64,000 nt of DNA, taken from positions 64,001 through 128,000 of IMG/VR virus record IMGVR_UViG_3300042923_000502. One strand, written 5' to 3'. Numbering within the stretch: the first letter of the stretch is position 1; every line of letters starts with the position of its first letter. Both the position numbers and the translations under genes were made by a program. A model generated the notes under the pieces. It searched no databases. It saw only the letters and a program-made list of their open reading frames with translations, and was not told the origin of the DNA. Source of the DNA: a virus. Below are positions 41,463 through 51,948 of the stretch, one piece after another.

Positions 41463-41490
41463 TCCATACTTACAGGAAAGGTAGAATACA

Positions 41491-41847
41491 ATGTTAATTG
41501 TGTATAATTCACTTACCGGAAATGTACGAAGGTTCGTAAGCAAGTTGGAAATGGATTCATTAGAGATTGAGCCAAACTTAGAAGTACAAGAGAAGTTTGT
41601 ATTGATTACTTTTACGGTGGGATTCGGTAAAGTATCTAATAAGGTTATGGAGTTCTTGAATTACAAAGACAATTACAAGAATATGATTGGTGTATCATCT
41701 AGTGGGAATAGGAATTGGGGCAGCGGATTTTGTAAAGCCGCTGAAATTATATCAAACAAGTATAATGTGCCAATTATATCAAAGTTTGAACTGGCAGGAA
41801 CACAAAATGATGTAGAATATTTTAAGAAAAGGATTGATGAATTGTGA
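41491..41847 (+). CDS. nrdI: Class Ib RNR flavodoxin NrdI
   Basis: SLTGNVRRF, SSGNRNWG, KFELAG. Confidence 0.95.
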   Translation: MLIVYNSLTGNVRRFVSKLEMDSLEIEPNLEVQEKFVLITFTVGFGKVSNKVMEFLNYKDNYKNMIGVSSSGNRNWGSGFCKAAEIISNKYNVPIISKFELAGTQNDVEYFKKRIDEL

Positions 41848-42545
41848 GCAACTATATTGAATTGAACAACGAAGTTTACACAAGAAAAGATGGATTTTTC
41901 CAATTGGATAAAGATATCGAAGCAGTAAGAGCTTTTGAAAAAGAGGTAAAAAAGAAGTCAATGAAATTTGATAGCATTAACGAATATGTGCATTGGATGG
42001 TTGATAATGATTTTTATTACAATGTATATGAGCAATACACAGAAGATCAAGTAATTGAAATTTTTAAATATGCTCATGAATTTGGTTTCCAATTTCAGTC
42101 TTATATGGCGATTTCTAAATTTTACAAGGACTATGCTACAAAGACGAATGACAAGAAAAAGTATTTGGAACACTATGAGGATAGATGTTCAATTGTTGCT
42201 TTGTATCTTGCAAGAGGTAACTTTGAAAAGGCAAAGAAGCTTATTGTAGAGCTTATGGAACAAACATATCAACCAGCAACACCTACATTCCTCAATGCAG
42301 GAAAGAGTCGTAGAGGTGAAATGGTTTCGTGCTTCTTGCTTGAGATGGGTGATAGTCTTAATTCTATTGGAAATGTAATCAATACCTCTATGCATTTAAG
42401 TAAGTCAGGTGGTGGTGTAGCAATCAACTTATCTAAGCTACGCTCACGTGGAGAGTCAATCAAAGGTGTAGAAGGTGCTGCTAAAGGTGTAATGCCAGTT
42501 TTGAAGTTGCTTGAAGATGGATTTAATTATGCAGATCAAATGGGT
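41844..42545 (+). CDS. nrdE: Class Ib RNR alpha subunit, exon 1
   Basis: YQPATPTFLNAG, VSCFLL, GGGVAINLS; ends ...YADQMG. Confidence 0.93.
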
Positions 42546-43401
42546 TAATTCTTAGCCCCTTGCATTAGCAATATTGCAAGCAAACCTCCTTAATTCATGG
42601 GAAGTCCTTATGGGATAATCATGAGCGAAGTTCTTTGATTGTTGTCACCTTTTTTTATTATTTATAACGAAAAGGTGGTAGATAAAATGTCATTATTAGA
42701 AGAAAAAATAGTAGAATTGCATGGTGAACTAGAAGGTTATAAAATTACATCTTTTGGAAGAGTTATAGGTAAAAGATTAAATAAACCTTTATGTGTAACT
42801 TATGACAATAATGGATATGCAAGAGTTAAGATGTCAGTAAATGGAACAATGAAAACCATTAGAATACACAGGCTAGTGGCTGAAAACTTTATTCCTAATC
42901 CACATAATTATCCAATAGTTAATCACATTGATGGAAATACTTCAAACCCTCATGTTGAAAACTTAGAATGGACAACAGTAAAAGGGAATGCTGAACATGC
43001 CGTTAAAATGGGACTACTTGATACCAAAGGCGAAAAACATCATAACGCTACTATAAACGAAGATCAGGCGAGGGAAATTATATTTCTAATTAAAAATGGA
43101 GATAGAACCTCAGATATAGTTAAAAAACTTCCGTTTGCAACTAAAAGTATAGTTGAAAAAATTAAAAGCAAACAAAGATGGAAGCATTTGACTTAGTGAC
43201 AACAATTAAAGAAAACGTGCAACGACTATCGAAACCACATCTTTTTGATGGAAGGGAGTAGAGTACACTACAAGCTATTGGTAGTGGAAAAGGGAGGAAT
43301 CCTTAAAGTAAGGATTATGATATAGTCTACTCTATATGGTAACATATAGCAGTCTCAAAGGAGACGACTGAAATTGTAGCGGATTTCAGTGAATGTAAAG
43401 G
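42546..43401 (+). mobile_element. Group I intron in nrdE carrying an HNH endonuclease gene
   Basis: Exon 1 ends in U, intron ends in G; splicing restores ADQMG|QRKGAGAAY; core-like GACTATC...GATATAGTC. Confidence 0.9.
42687..43196 (+). CDS. Intron-encoded HNH homing endonuclease
   Basis: IHRLVAENFIPNP, VNHIDGN..N....NLEW. Confidence 0.92.
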   Translation: MSLLEEKIVELHGELEGYKITSFGRVIGKRLNKPLCVTYDNNGYARVKMSVNGTMKTIRIHRLVAENFIPNPHNYPIVNHIDGNTSNPHVENLEWTTVKGNAEHAVKMGLLDTKGEKHHNATINEDQAREIIFLIKNGDRTSDIVKKLPFATKSIVEKIKSKQRWKHLT

Positions 43402-44778
43402 CAAAGAAAAGGAGCAGGTGCAGCATACTACAATATATTTGGATGGGATGTAATTGAATTCCTTGACACTAAAAAAATTAATGCTGATGAAAAATCACGT
43501 ATTCAATCATTGTCAATTGGTTTGATAGTTCCTAATAAGTTCTTTGAATTGGCAAAAGAAAACAAGGACTTCCATATGTTTGCACCTTATTCTGTGTTCA
43601 AGCAATACGGTATTCAACTTGATGACATGGATATTGACAAGATGTATGATGAACTTGTTGCAAATAAAAAGATTAAGAGCAAAAAAATGAATGCACGTGA
43701 CATGTTATCTAAAATTGCAGCAACACAAATGGAATCTGGATATCCTTACCTAATGTTTAAAACAAATGCTAATAAACTACATGCACTTAAAAATATTGGA
43801 GACATCAAACAATCTAATTTGTGTACTGAAATTTTTCAACTTGCAGAAGAATCAATTATCAATGACTATGGCGTAGGAGATGTGATTAAAAGAGACATCA
43901 ACTGTAATCTTGGATCATTGAATATCTACAATGTAATGAGAAAGAAGAATTTCAAAGACATTATTCATGTTGCAATGGATGCGCTAACCGCTGTTAGTGA
44001 TATGACAAGCATTATCAATGCACCAACAGTTAAGAAAGCAAACGAAGAACTTCACGCAGTTGGCTTGGGCGCTATGAACCTTCATGGATATCTTACTAAG
44101 AATAAAATTGCGTATGAAAGCAAAGAAGCTTTAGATTTTGCAAATACATTCTTCATGATGGTTAACTACTACTCAATTCAAGCAAGCGTAGAGATTGCAA
44201 AAGAAAAAGGAACCTTCAAGGACTTTGACAAATCTGAATATGCTAATGGAAATTACTTTGACAATTATGTTTCAAAGAGCTATGAACCTACTCTAGATAA
44301 GGTTAAAAAGCTATTTGAGGGCATTGACGTTCCTACCATTGAAGATTGGAAACAACTTAAAAATGATGTGCAAAAATATGGAATGTATCATGCATATAGA
44401 CTTGCAATTGCTCCAACTCAATCAATTAGCTATGTACAAAACGCTACAAGCTCTGTAATGCCCATCGTAGATGCAATTGAGATTAGAACTTATGCTAACT
44501 CAACAACATACTATCCAATGCCTTTCCTTGCACCAGACAATATGTTCTACTATAAGAGTGCATACAACATTAATCAATTTAAATTGATTGATATGATTGC
44601 CACAATTCAACCACATATCGACCAAGGAATTAGCACAATTCTATTCATTGATAGCAATACGTCAACAAGAGAGCTTGGAAGATATTATGTGTACGCTGCA
44701 TACAAAGGATTGAAGAGTTTGTATTACACAAGAACAAAGAAGCTTGATATTAGCGAATGCACCAGTTGCAGCGTGTAA
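43402..44778 (+). CDS. nrdE: Class Ib RNR alpha subunit, exon 2
   Basis: In frame from CAA at 43402; SNLCTE, CNLGS, IAPTQSIS, KSLYY, C-terminal CTSC; spliced length about 692 aa. Confidence 0.93.
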   Translation, partial: QRKGAGAAYYNIFGWDVIEFLDTKKINADEKSRIQSLSIGLIVPNKFFELAKENKDFHMFAPYSVFKQYGIQLDDMDIDKMYDELVANKKIKSKKMNARDMLSKIAATQMESGYPYLMFKTNANKLHALKNIGDIKQSNLCTEIFQLAEESIINDYGVGDVIKRDINCNLGSLNIYNVMRKKNFKDIIHVAMDALTAVSDMTSIINAPTVKKANEELHAVGLGAMNLHGYLTKNKIAYESKEALDFANTFFMMVNYYSIQASVEIAKEKGTFKDFDKSEYANGNYFDNYVSKSYEPTLDKVKKLFEGIDVPTIEDWKQLKNDVQKYGMYHAYRLAIAPTQSISYVQNATSSVMPIVDAIEIRTYANSTTYYPMPFLAPDNMFYYKSAYNINQFKLIDMIATIQPHIDQGISTILFIDSNTSTRELGRYYVYAAYKGLKSLYYTRTKKLDISECTSCSV

Positions 44779-44844
44779 GAAAAACAAAGCACAAGAGGAA
44801 GCAGATATACTTCCTCTTGTGCTAGAATGAAAGGAGAGATTTTA

Positions 44845-45564
44845 ATGTATAATTGTTATGAAGGAAAAGTAATGGAAAACAATAAAGGACAAAAATTTAT
44901 TGTAAAGGGAGTTAATCATGTTAGAGGTAAATGTAATTTCTTTTATGATATTGAATTTGTAGAAACAAAATATACATGCGTAGCGGCTAGAGCGTCAATC
45001 AATGCAGGAACAATAAAAGACAGATATGAGCCTAGCGTATATGGGATTGGTTATTTCGGAGACATTAAAAATGCAAACACTCCAGAATTAAAAAAGATAA
45101 GAAGCATTTGGAGAGGTATTATCGGAAGATGTTACAATAAAACAGATAAAAGTTACAATAGTTATGGAGCATTGGGAGTAAAAGTTTGCGAAAGATGGCA
45201 TTGTTTAGAATTTTTCTCAAAAGACATTGTTAAAATTGACGGTTATGACAGAGAGTTATTCTATTCTAATAAGTTACAGTTGGACAAAGACATAAAACAA
45301 AAAGAATGTGTAAATAAGGTTTATTCACTTGAAACATGCACATTTGTAACCCCACACGATAATGTCCTAGCTATTGATAGAGAGTCCTCTAAATTTATTA
45401 TTGCAAAAAATGAGACAGGAAATGTTTACGAAATAGGGAATCTTTCTAAGTTTATTAAAGAAAACGGATTGCATATGAGTGCCGTTTATAAGGTTCTAAA
45501 TAAAGATCAAAAAAATCATAAGGGATGGACTTTCGAGTATATTAATAAGGAGAATGACAAATGA
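44845..45564 (+). CDS. Free-standing HNH-like homing endonuclease between nrdE and nrdF
   Basis: W..IIGRCY, YGALGVKVCERW, LDKDI, YSLETC. Confidence 0.8.
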   Translation: MYNCYEGKVMENNKGQKFIVKGVNHVRGKCNFFYDIEFVETKYTCVAARASINAGTIKDRYEPSVYGIGYFGDIKNANTPELKKIRSIWRGIIGRCYNKTDKSYNSYGALGVKVCERWHCLEFFSKDIVKIDGYDRELFYSNKLQLDKDIKQKECVNKVYSLETCTFVTPHDNVLAIDRESSKFIIAKNETGNVYEIGNLSKFIKENGLHMSAVYKVLNKDQKNHKGWTFEYINKENDK

Positions 45565-46529
45565 CAAATAAAATACACAAAGCAGTTAACTGGAACGAAC
45601 CAAATGAAACGACTTTAATGTTTTGGCAAATGAATATACAGCAATTCTGGGTTGACACTGAAATTCCACTTTCAAGTGACAAAATGATTTGGGCAGAAAT
45701 GTCCCCATCTCAGCAGGAAACCTACAAGCGTGTTCTTGGAGGTTTGACATTGCTTGACACAGTACAAAGTACAATTGGTATGCCCAAGATAGCTGAAAAA
45801 GTTGATGGTTTACATGAAAAAGCGGTACTTAGTTTTATGGGTATGGCAGAAGCAATTCACGCAAAATCATACTCTTCTATCTTCTCCACAGTTGCTTCAA
45901 AAGAAGAAATTGACGAAATTTTTTCATGGGTTGAAGAGAACAAATATTTACAGTATAAAGCCAAAGTTGTCGACAGTTATTATAAGGATATCGAAACAAA
46001 CAAAGATTTGTATATGGCTATGGTAGCAAGCGTATTCCTTGAGACTTTCATGTTTTATAGTGGATTTTTCTATCCTTTGTATTTATCAGGACAAGGCAAA
46101 ATGACCGCTAGTGGAGAAATAATTAACTTGATTATTCGTGACGAAAGTATTCATGGAGTATTTGTTGGATTGTTGGCACAAGAACTATACAAAGATTTGA
46201 GTGCAAATGAGAAAAAGCAAGTTAACAAAGAAATTGAAGAGTTGCTTGAAGATTTGTATAAAAACGAATTACTTTATACGGAAGAAGTTTATCATGTAAT
46301 TGGTCTAGAAGACGAAGTTAAAAAGTTTCTTCGCTACAATGCTAATAAAGCTATGATGAATCTTGGTAAAGAACCATTCTTCCCTGACGAAGAAATTAAT
46401 CCAATTGTATTGAATGGTATGAAGACCGATACTAAAACGCATGATTTTTTTAGTCTTAAAGGCAGTTCGTATGTTAAAGCTACGAACGTTGAGAAGATGA
46501 CCGATGAAGATTTTGAATTTGATATTTAA
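45561..46529 (+). CDS. nrdF: Class Ib RNR beta subunit
   Basis: LTLLDTVQ, EAIHAKSYS, DESIHG, HDFFS. Confidence 0.95.
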   Translation: MTNKIHKAVNWNEPNETTLMFWQMNIQQFWVDTEIPLSSDKMIWAEMSPSQQETYKRVLGGLTLLDTVQSTIGMPKIAEKVDGLHEKAVLSFMGMAEAIHAKSYSSIFSTVASKEEIDEIFSWVEENKYLQYKAKVVDSYYKDIETNKDLYMAMVASVFLETFMFYSGFFYPLYLSGQGKMTASGEIINLIIRDESIHGVFVGLLAQELYKDLSANEKKQVNKEIEELLEDLYKNELLYTEEVYHVIGLEDEVKKFLRYNANKAMMNLGKEPFFPDEEINPIVLNGMKTDTKTHDFFSLKGSSYVKATNVEKMTDEDFEFDI

Positions 46530-46546
46530 ATAAATCTGCAAAACGC

Positions 46547-46575
46547 TTGACAAGTGGCAGATAAAATGATATAAT
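46547..46575 (+). promoter_or_regulatory. Consensus SigA promoter with motif in spacer
   Basis: TTGACA-agtggcagataaaatga-TATAAT. Confidence 0.85.
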
Positions 46576-46600
46576 AGACAATGTAAGCAAGAGAGAAACG

Positions 46601-46705
46601 AACATCAACTTGGTAATCGTGAAATTGTTAAAGGCGGCACATAGCGGTGTGGCATATTTTCTAGTACGATTAATTGAAGGTTCGCAACCACAACAAGTTA
46701 ATGTT
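46601..46705 (+). ncRNA. Candidate multi-stem structured RNA in the dut leader
   Basis: Nested pairings AACATCAACTTG/CAAGTTAATGTT, TAATCGT/ACGATTA, CACAT/GTGTG, GGTT/AACC. Confidence 0.45.
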
Positions 46706-46745
46706 TATTCTAATAAATCAAACTAATAATTGGAGGAAATGAGAC

Positions 46746-47438
46746 ATGGCTAAACGGTACTACAAAGTAAACGAAAGAGTTTGGATCAAAGCATTGAAGA
46801 AAACAGGAAGAGTGGTATCACTCGATATTCCAAACTTGAGCGCAGCTATTTCATTCTATGAAGATGGAGACTTGAAGACACGCAACATGAAATTCATGGA
46901 GATTGATAAGTATAAAGATGAAAAAACAAAAGTTTCTAAGAAAGTTGCCAAAGAGATTGGCAAGTCTTGGAAGAGTGTTAGAAGAGAGCCTTCCGAAGAT
47001 ACAAAGAAGCAAACAATTCTTGTGAAGTATTTTAATAAAAATCTTTTTCCGATTGAAAAAATTGAAAAAGGCGATTGGATTGACTTGCGTTCAGCACAAA
47101 ATATTTCCTATAAAGCAGGAGACTTCATTAAACTTCCTTTGGGAGTTGCCATGTCACTTCCATTTGGATATGAAGCGCATATTGCTCCGCGTGGTAGTAT
47201 GTTCAAAAACTTTGGAGTGATTCAAGTAAATTCACCAGGAGTTGTTGACGAATCGTATCGTGGCAATGATGACCAATGGTTTATTCCGTTGTATGCATTG
47301 CGTGATGGTCATATTACATTCAATGATCGTATTTGTCAATTCCGCATTGTCAAGAAGATGGAAGAAGTGAATATTGTTACGGTTGAAGAGTTAAAAGCTC
47401 CTAATCGTGGTGGTCATGGTAGTACAGGTGTAAATTAA
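46746..47438 (+). CDS. dut: Trimeric dUTPase with an N-terminal extension
   Basis: WIDL, APRGS, GVVDESYRG, RICQ, RGGHGSTG. Confidence 0.9.
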   Translation: MAKRYYKVNERVWIKALKKTGRVVSLDIPNLSAAISFYEDGDLKTRNMKFMEIDKYKDEKTKVSKKVAKEIGKSWKSVRREPSEDTKKQTILVKYFNKNLFPIEKIEKGDWIDLRSAQNISYKAGDFIKLPLGVAMSLPFGYEAHIAPRGSMFKNFGVIQVNSPGVVDESYRGNDDQWFIPLYALRDGHITFNDRICQFRIVKKMEEVNIVTVEELKAPNRGGHGSTGVN

Positions 47439-47796
47439 GATAAATGTAAGATAAAATGAAAGGGTAAGGATAATGTAAAAAGTTATTTCTTACCCTTAAC
47501 TTTTAAGGAGGATTATATGTCAACAATTAAATTAACGGAAAAACAAATGGAGTACATCTATGAAGACCTTGAACTTGATGAATTTGACTATGAGCAAGTA
47601 GAAGTATCCGATTGGACAGACGAAGGAAAGATTGATAGTTGTGATGTAATTTTTAATAAAGATGGAAAGCACTATAGATTTACAATGTTTAGACATGGAG
47701 ACTATTGGAGTGGATACGAATATGAATTCTACGACAATGAAGCAATCGAAGTTGAAGAAGTAGAGGTCACAATAAAAGAATGGAGAAATGTAAAAA

Positions 47797-48462
47797 ATGG
47801 CTAATTACACGTATGGAAATGTATCGACAGGAACTTTGTTGCACTTTATCAAAACTTCACCTAACAACATTACATTAAAGGTTGTTAATAAAAATGTTGC
47901 AAGCACTAGCGAATATGGGTGTAATGGAGCATTCTTTTATGGATCAGATCAAATTTCACTTGCAGTAAACAATGATGTGCCAGTTCAAGGCGTAGTTGGT
48001 GGCTATGGAAGTGGTTGGTTTAATGAAAAATACAAAAGAGGTGCATTAGTTTGGGATAAGGCGGCTGGAAAATATAGTGTTCAAGTTGTGTCAGCAGCTA
48101 GTGAAATTGAAGTTGCTGATAGATCGCAATATTGGGCGCAGGGTGGAATTAGCATGAGCCTTCAAGATGACGCTAATTGGAAAGCAATTGCAACACAACA
48201 AAATATGCCTAACATTGACGGAAAAACTACTAGAACCGCATTGGTATGGAACACAGGATTTAACTTGTGGCTTATTGTAACGGAAACACTTTGTACCGCA
48301 GAACAGTTTAGACTTGCAATCAAAAAGAACATTGGAAGTGGGACGCTTGTTGATGGAATCTTTTTAGATGGTGGTGGATCAAGTCAAATGAGATGTGCTG
48401 AAAAGAGCATTGACGGTGATGGAAGACGAGTTGTACAAATGGTAGCTTTGACTAATAAGTAA
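47797..48462 (+). CDS. Phosphodiester glycosidase (NAGPA-like) domain protein
   Basis: NGAFF, RTAL, LDGGGSSQM. Confidence 0.75.
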   Translation: MANYTYGNVSTGTLLHFIKTSPNNITLKVVNKNVASTSEYGCNGAFFYGSDQISLAVNNDVPVQGVVGGYGSGWFNEKYKRGALVWDKAAGKYSVQVVSAASEIEVADRSQYWAQGGISMSLQDDANWKAIATQQNMPNIDGKTTRTALVWNTGFNLWLIVTETLCTAEQFRLAIKKNIGSGTLVDGIFLDGGGSSQMRCAEKSIDGDGRRVVQMVALTNK

Positions 48463-49169
48463 TGGAGGAATATTAACAATGGATCAATATTCACTTATAG
48501 AAAATGCCTTAATTAACGAATTAAATAAAAGATTAGACCAAGTAATAAGCGGAGAAAAGGACGTAGTTCAAATCAAATTCTTATACGCTAGTGATGTAGA
48601 AAGTGTGCTTACCAAAGAATACGGAGCGAATGTAGACACAAGCGAAATGGATACTAATGGATGGCAATACGACTATTGGATTCCAGTATATATCAATGAT
48701 AAGAAATATGTACTATCAGGATCAGGTTATTATGGAAACATTGAATTCTATAGGGAGGACGAAGAGGAATGGCAATGGAACAATATCTAATTGACGAATA
48801 CGATGTGTGGGAAGATGAAAATTGGTTAACATGTGAAGGTGATATTGAAGAGTATTTTAAAGATTGTGATTATCATGAACTACTTCCTTGTGGTCAAGGA
48901 TATGCCACAGAAGAAGCAAGTTTAATTTGTAAAATTGATGACAAATTCTATCATGTAGATATTTATGCCAGTACATGTAGTGCAAAGCAGGATTATGGTG
49001 ATAGATTGTTTTGGATCGAAAGCATTGATCGTGTTGAGTGGCATGAGATTCCAAAGCCAAAAGAGAAAGAGAAAACGGCAATAGAATATATTGTTACACT
49101 CAACAATGACCAAAGACACGCATTAGAAGCATTTATGAATAAAAATAAAATTAATTGGAGGATTTTATA

Positions 49170-49514
49170 ATGATTAACAACATCAGAACAGAACAAGAGT
49201 TTCAAAATATTATTGATATGAACAATGGCACAATTATCCTTAAATTCGGAGCGAGTTGGTGTGTTCCTTGTTCCGTAGTAGACAAATTGCTTCAAGAACT
49301 TGATAACGATAATGTAAATGCAACAATCATTAAGGTTGATGTAGAAAATAATCCAGAGATTGCTTCCGAATTCCGTGTGTCAAGTATTCCTACAACATTT
49401 ATTCTTAGGGACAAAGCGGTAAACAAAGTTATTCGTGGCACAATGTCTAAACAAAATGTACTTGATACACTTACAGAAATTGAGCAAAAGGTAGCTCAGA
49501 AAGAGGGAGAATGA
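49170..49514 (+). CDS. trxA: Thioredoxin
   Basis: FGASWCVPC, KVDVE, SIPT. Confidence 0.9.
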   Translation: MINNIRTEQEFQNIIDMNNGTIILKFGASWCVPCSVVDKLLQELDNDNVNATIIKVDVENNPEIASEFRVSSIPTTFILRDKAVNKVIRGTMSKQNVLDTLTEIEQKVAQKEGE

Positions 49515-50272
49515 TATGGCGGTAGAAAAAGATTTCAGTGTAATCTTTAAAGACAAATGGGATGAAGAAAGTTTTGACGGAGAAAATGAAACAATAATTG
49601 AAGTTCAATATGACAAAGGTTCAGAGAAGCCAGTATACATTGAGCTTAGAGATGTTGTAGAAGATGAAATTAATGATCTTATTGGCATTGACCTTACAAA
49701 AGAACAGGCAATTGAATTGGCATATTCATTGCTTAGAATCAATTGGGATTTAGAGAAGGGTCAACCTATTGCTTCAAATAAAGTAGGTTTGGCAATTGCC
49801 AACAAAAACAGTATTGCTTATTGTGGATATAAATTTGAAAAGGGAGACGAAGAATAACAATGAGTCAAAAATATCTTTGGAGTTTTTATTGGGACTATAA
49901 ACGCTGCGGAAGTCTTGACGGATTGTTTGTTGCAACAGAAGAAGAAGTAAAAGAAGCTATTGGTCAAGAAGCCTATTTTGGTGAGGTACTTGGAAAACAT
50001 AGTGAAGTATATGGTGATCTTTCAGAAGGAGATATTTCTAAAATTGATATTTCTCCAGAAGCAGTAGCAGAAGTATCTAAACATCTTGGAACTACTTGGA
50101 GTGGGTTTAATCCATTGCATTATGTAAGATTCGAATGTAATCGTTGTGGCGACGGCATTGATTATGAGGAAATATCGTATTCAAATGTAGTTGATTCATC
50201 TTTAGATGAAGATGAACATTACGATAGAGTGTGTTCCTTTTGTTATGAAGCATTAAAAGGAGATGATGAATA

Positions 50273-50794
50273 ATGGCTAAACTTTACGCATTAGCAGAAA
50301 AATATGTCAAATTAACGGAATTAATTGAAGATGCTCTTGACAATCTTGAAGAATCAGGAATTGATGAAGATGATCTTCAAATGTTCATTGATACACTTGA
50401 CTCAATTGAGGATAGTGTAGAAGTCAAGGTAGAGAACATTTGCAAATTCCTAAAGAACATTCAAGGAGACATAGACGTATTTAAAGCGGAAGAAAAACGA
50501 ATCGCTCAACGTAGAAAGTCACTTGAAAACAAGCATGATGGTATTAAAGGCTACATGGAATCAATGCTTAGACTCATGGGTAAAACGGAAGTTAAGGCTA
50601 ATACTTTTACCGTCAAATTCCAAAAGAGTCCAGCAAGTGTAGAAGTGATTAACGAAAACGATGTTCCTCAAGAATATAAAGAACCAGTGCCAGATAAAAT
50701 TCTCAAGAAAGAAATTCTTGCGGCTCTCAAAGATAAGAAAGTAATTCCAGGTGTATTGTTAGTAGATGACAAGACACACATGAGAATTAGATAA
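50273..50794 (+). CDS. Siphovirus Gp157-like protein
   Basis: MAKLYAL, DTLDSI...KVEN, EEKRI..RRK, K.ILAALK...IPG. Confidence 0.8.
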   Translation: MAKLYALAEKYVKLTELIEDALDNLEESGIDEDDLQMFIDTLDSIEDSVEVKVENICKFLKNIQGDIDVFKAEEKRIAQRRKSLENKHDGIKGYMESMLRLMGKTEVKANTFTVKFQKSPASVEVINENDVPQEYKEPVPDKILKKEILAALKDKKVIPGVLLVDDKTHMRIR

Positions 50795-51224
50795 CACATA
50801 TGAGGGAGATGATCTCCCTCATATTAATTGAAAAAAGATTTAGATCGAAAGGATGATTAATGATGGGAGTAAGAAGACGCAGGGACTATATTATTCTTGG
50901 TGTTGATGTAGGATATGAAACATTTGAAAAAGCACATGAATATCTCGAAGATGAAGCATTCCAAGAAATGGAATCATACATTTGCTACAATGAAATACGT
51001 AATATGACTATTATACCTGATTGGGAAGAAAACAGAGGATGCTTTGTAGGACTATTTATTGATCAAAGTGACGAGTATGCAGGATTTGAAAGAGTAAATA
51101 AAGTTGGTCTTGGAGATTACTACGAAAAAGAAGATATAGTTGATTTTGTTTATGAGATGTTTGACAAAGTAGTTGAACACGAAGATGTCAAAGTTATTAT
51201 CTTCACTCAATGGTTGTGAGATAA

Positions 51225-51689
51225 ATGGAAGATAAAATTCAAACAGTAATTGGCTTAGACCTTAATTACAGGTCTAAGCCAATCCAATATAAAGTTGACA
51301 AAAACGGATGTCATGTATGTGTATCTCACTACACAAGAAACGATGGGTATATTTGCATTAAAATTAAAGATAAGAGCTTTAGAGCGCATAGACTTGTATA
51401 TGAACTTAATTATGGAAAGATTGGCGAAGGATTGGTTGTTATGCACAAATGCGATAATCCATCTTGCATTAATCCTAATCACATGAAACTTGGAACACAT
51501 AAAGACAATATGGAAGACAAATCAAGAAAAGGAAGAACTCCTAAGAGTCAAGTAAGATTGAATCAGGAGCAAAAGCTTGAATTATGTTTAAGCAATTTAA
51601 CGGAACATGAATTATGCCAAAAGTACGGAGTGTCATATCGCACAGTGAGAAATATCAAGAAAAGATATAGAGAGGGGGCTAAATTATGA
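51225..51689 (+). CDS. HNH homing endonuclease
   Basis: [27 protein letters not shown]. Confidence 0.9.
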   Translation: MEDKIQTVIGLDLNYRSKPIQYKVDKNGCHVCVSHYTRNDGYICIKIKDKSFRAHRLVYELNYGKIGEGLVVMHKCDNPSCINPNHMKLGTHKDNMEDKSRKGRTPKSQVRLNQEQKLELCLSNLTEHELCQKYGVSYRTVRNIKKRYREGAKL

Positions 51690-51948
51690 TGATAAATGAA
51701 AAAATGATTGAAAAAGTAACCAGAGAATTCCTTCGAAAAAATTTTAAAATCCAGAAAGACTATGAGTGGGGAGAAGATGGATGTTATACAACTTTATTTG
51801 ATTCAGAAGGGAGCGAAATATTTAGCGGCGACTACTATCATGACCACATTGATGACATGATAAGAGGATTCTTTCTTGCATTAGATTACTTGGATATTGA
51901 ATACGAAGTAGAGAAAATTAACATCAACGAAGAAAGAGATGAAGATGA

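Noticed and set aside
43510-44778. Separate gene or nrdE pseudogene fragment
   Set aside because: It is exon 2 of intron-split nrdE; the frame is open from 43402.
46676-46692. GGTTCGCAACC as the T-arm of a tRNA gene
   Set aside because: I could not build acceptor, D and anticodon arms with correct spacing; kept only as part of an ncRNA candidate.
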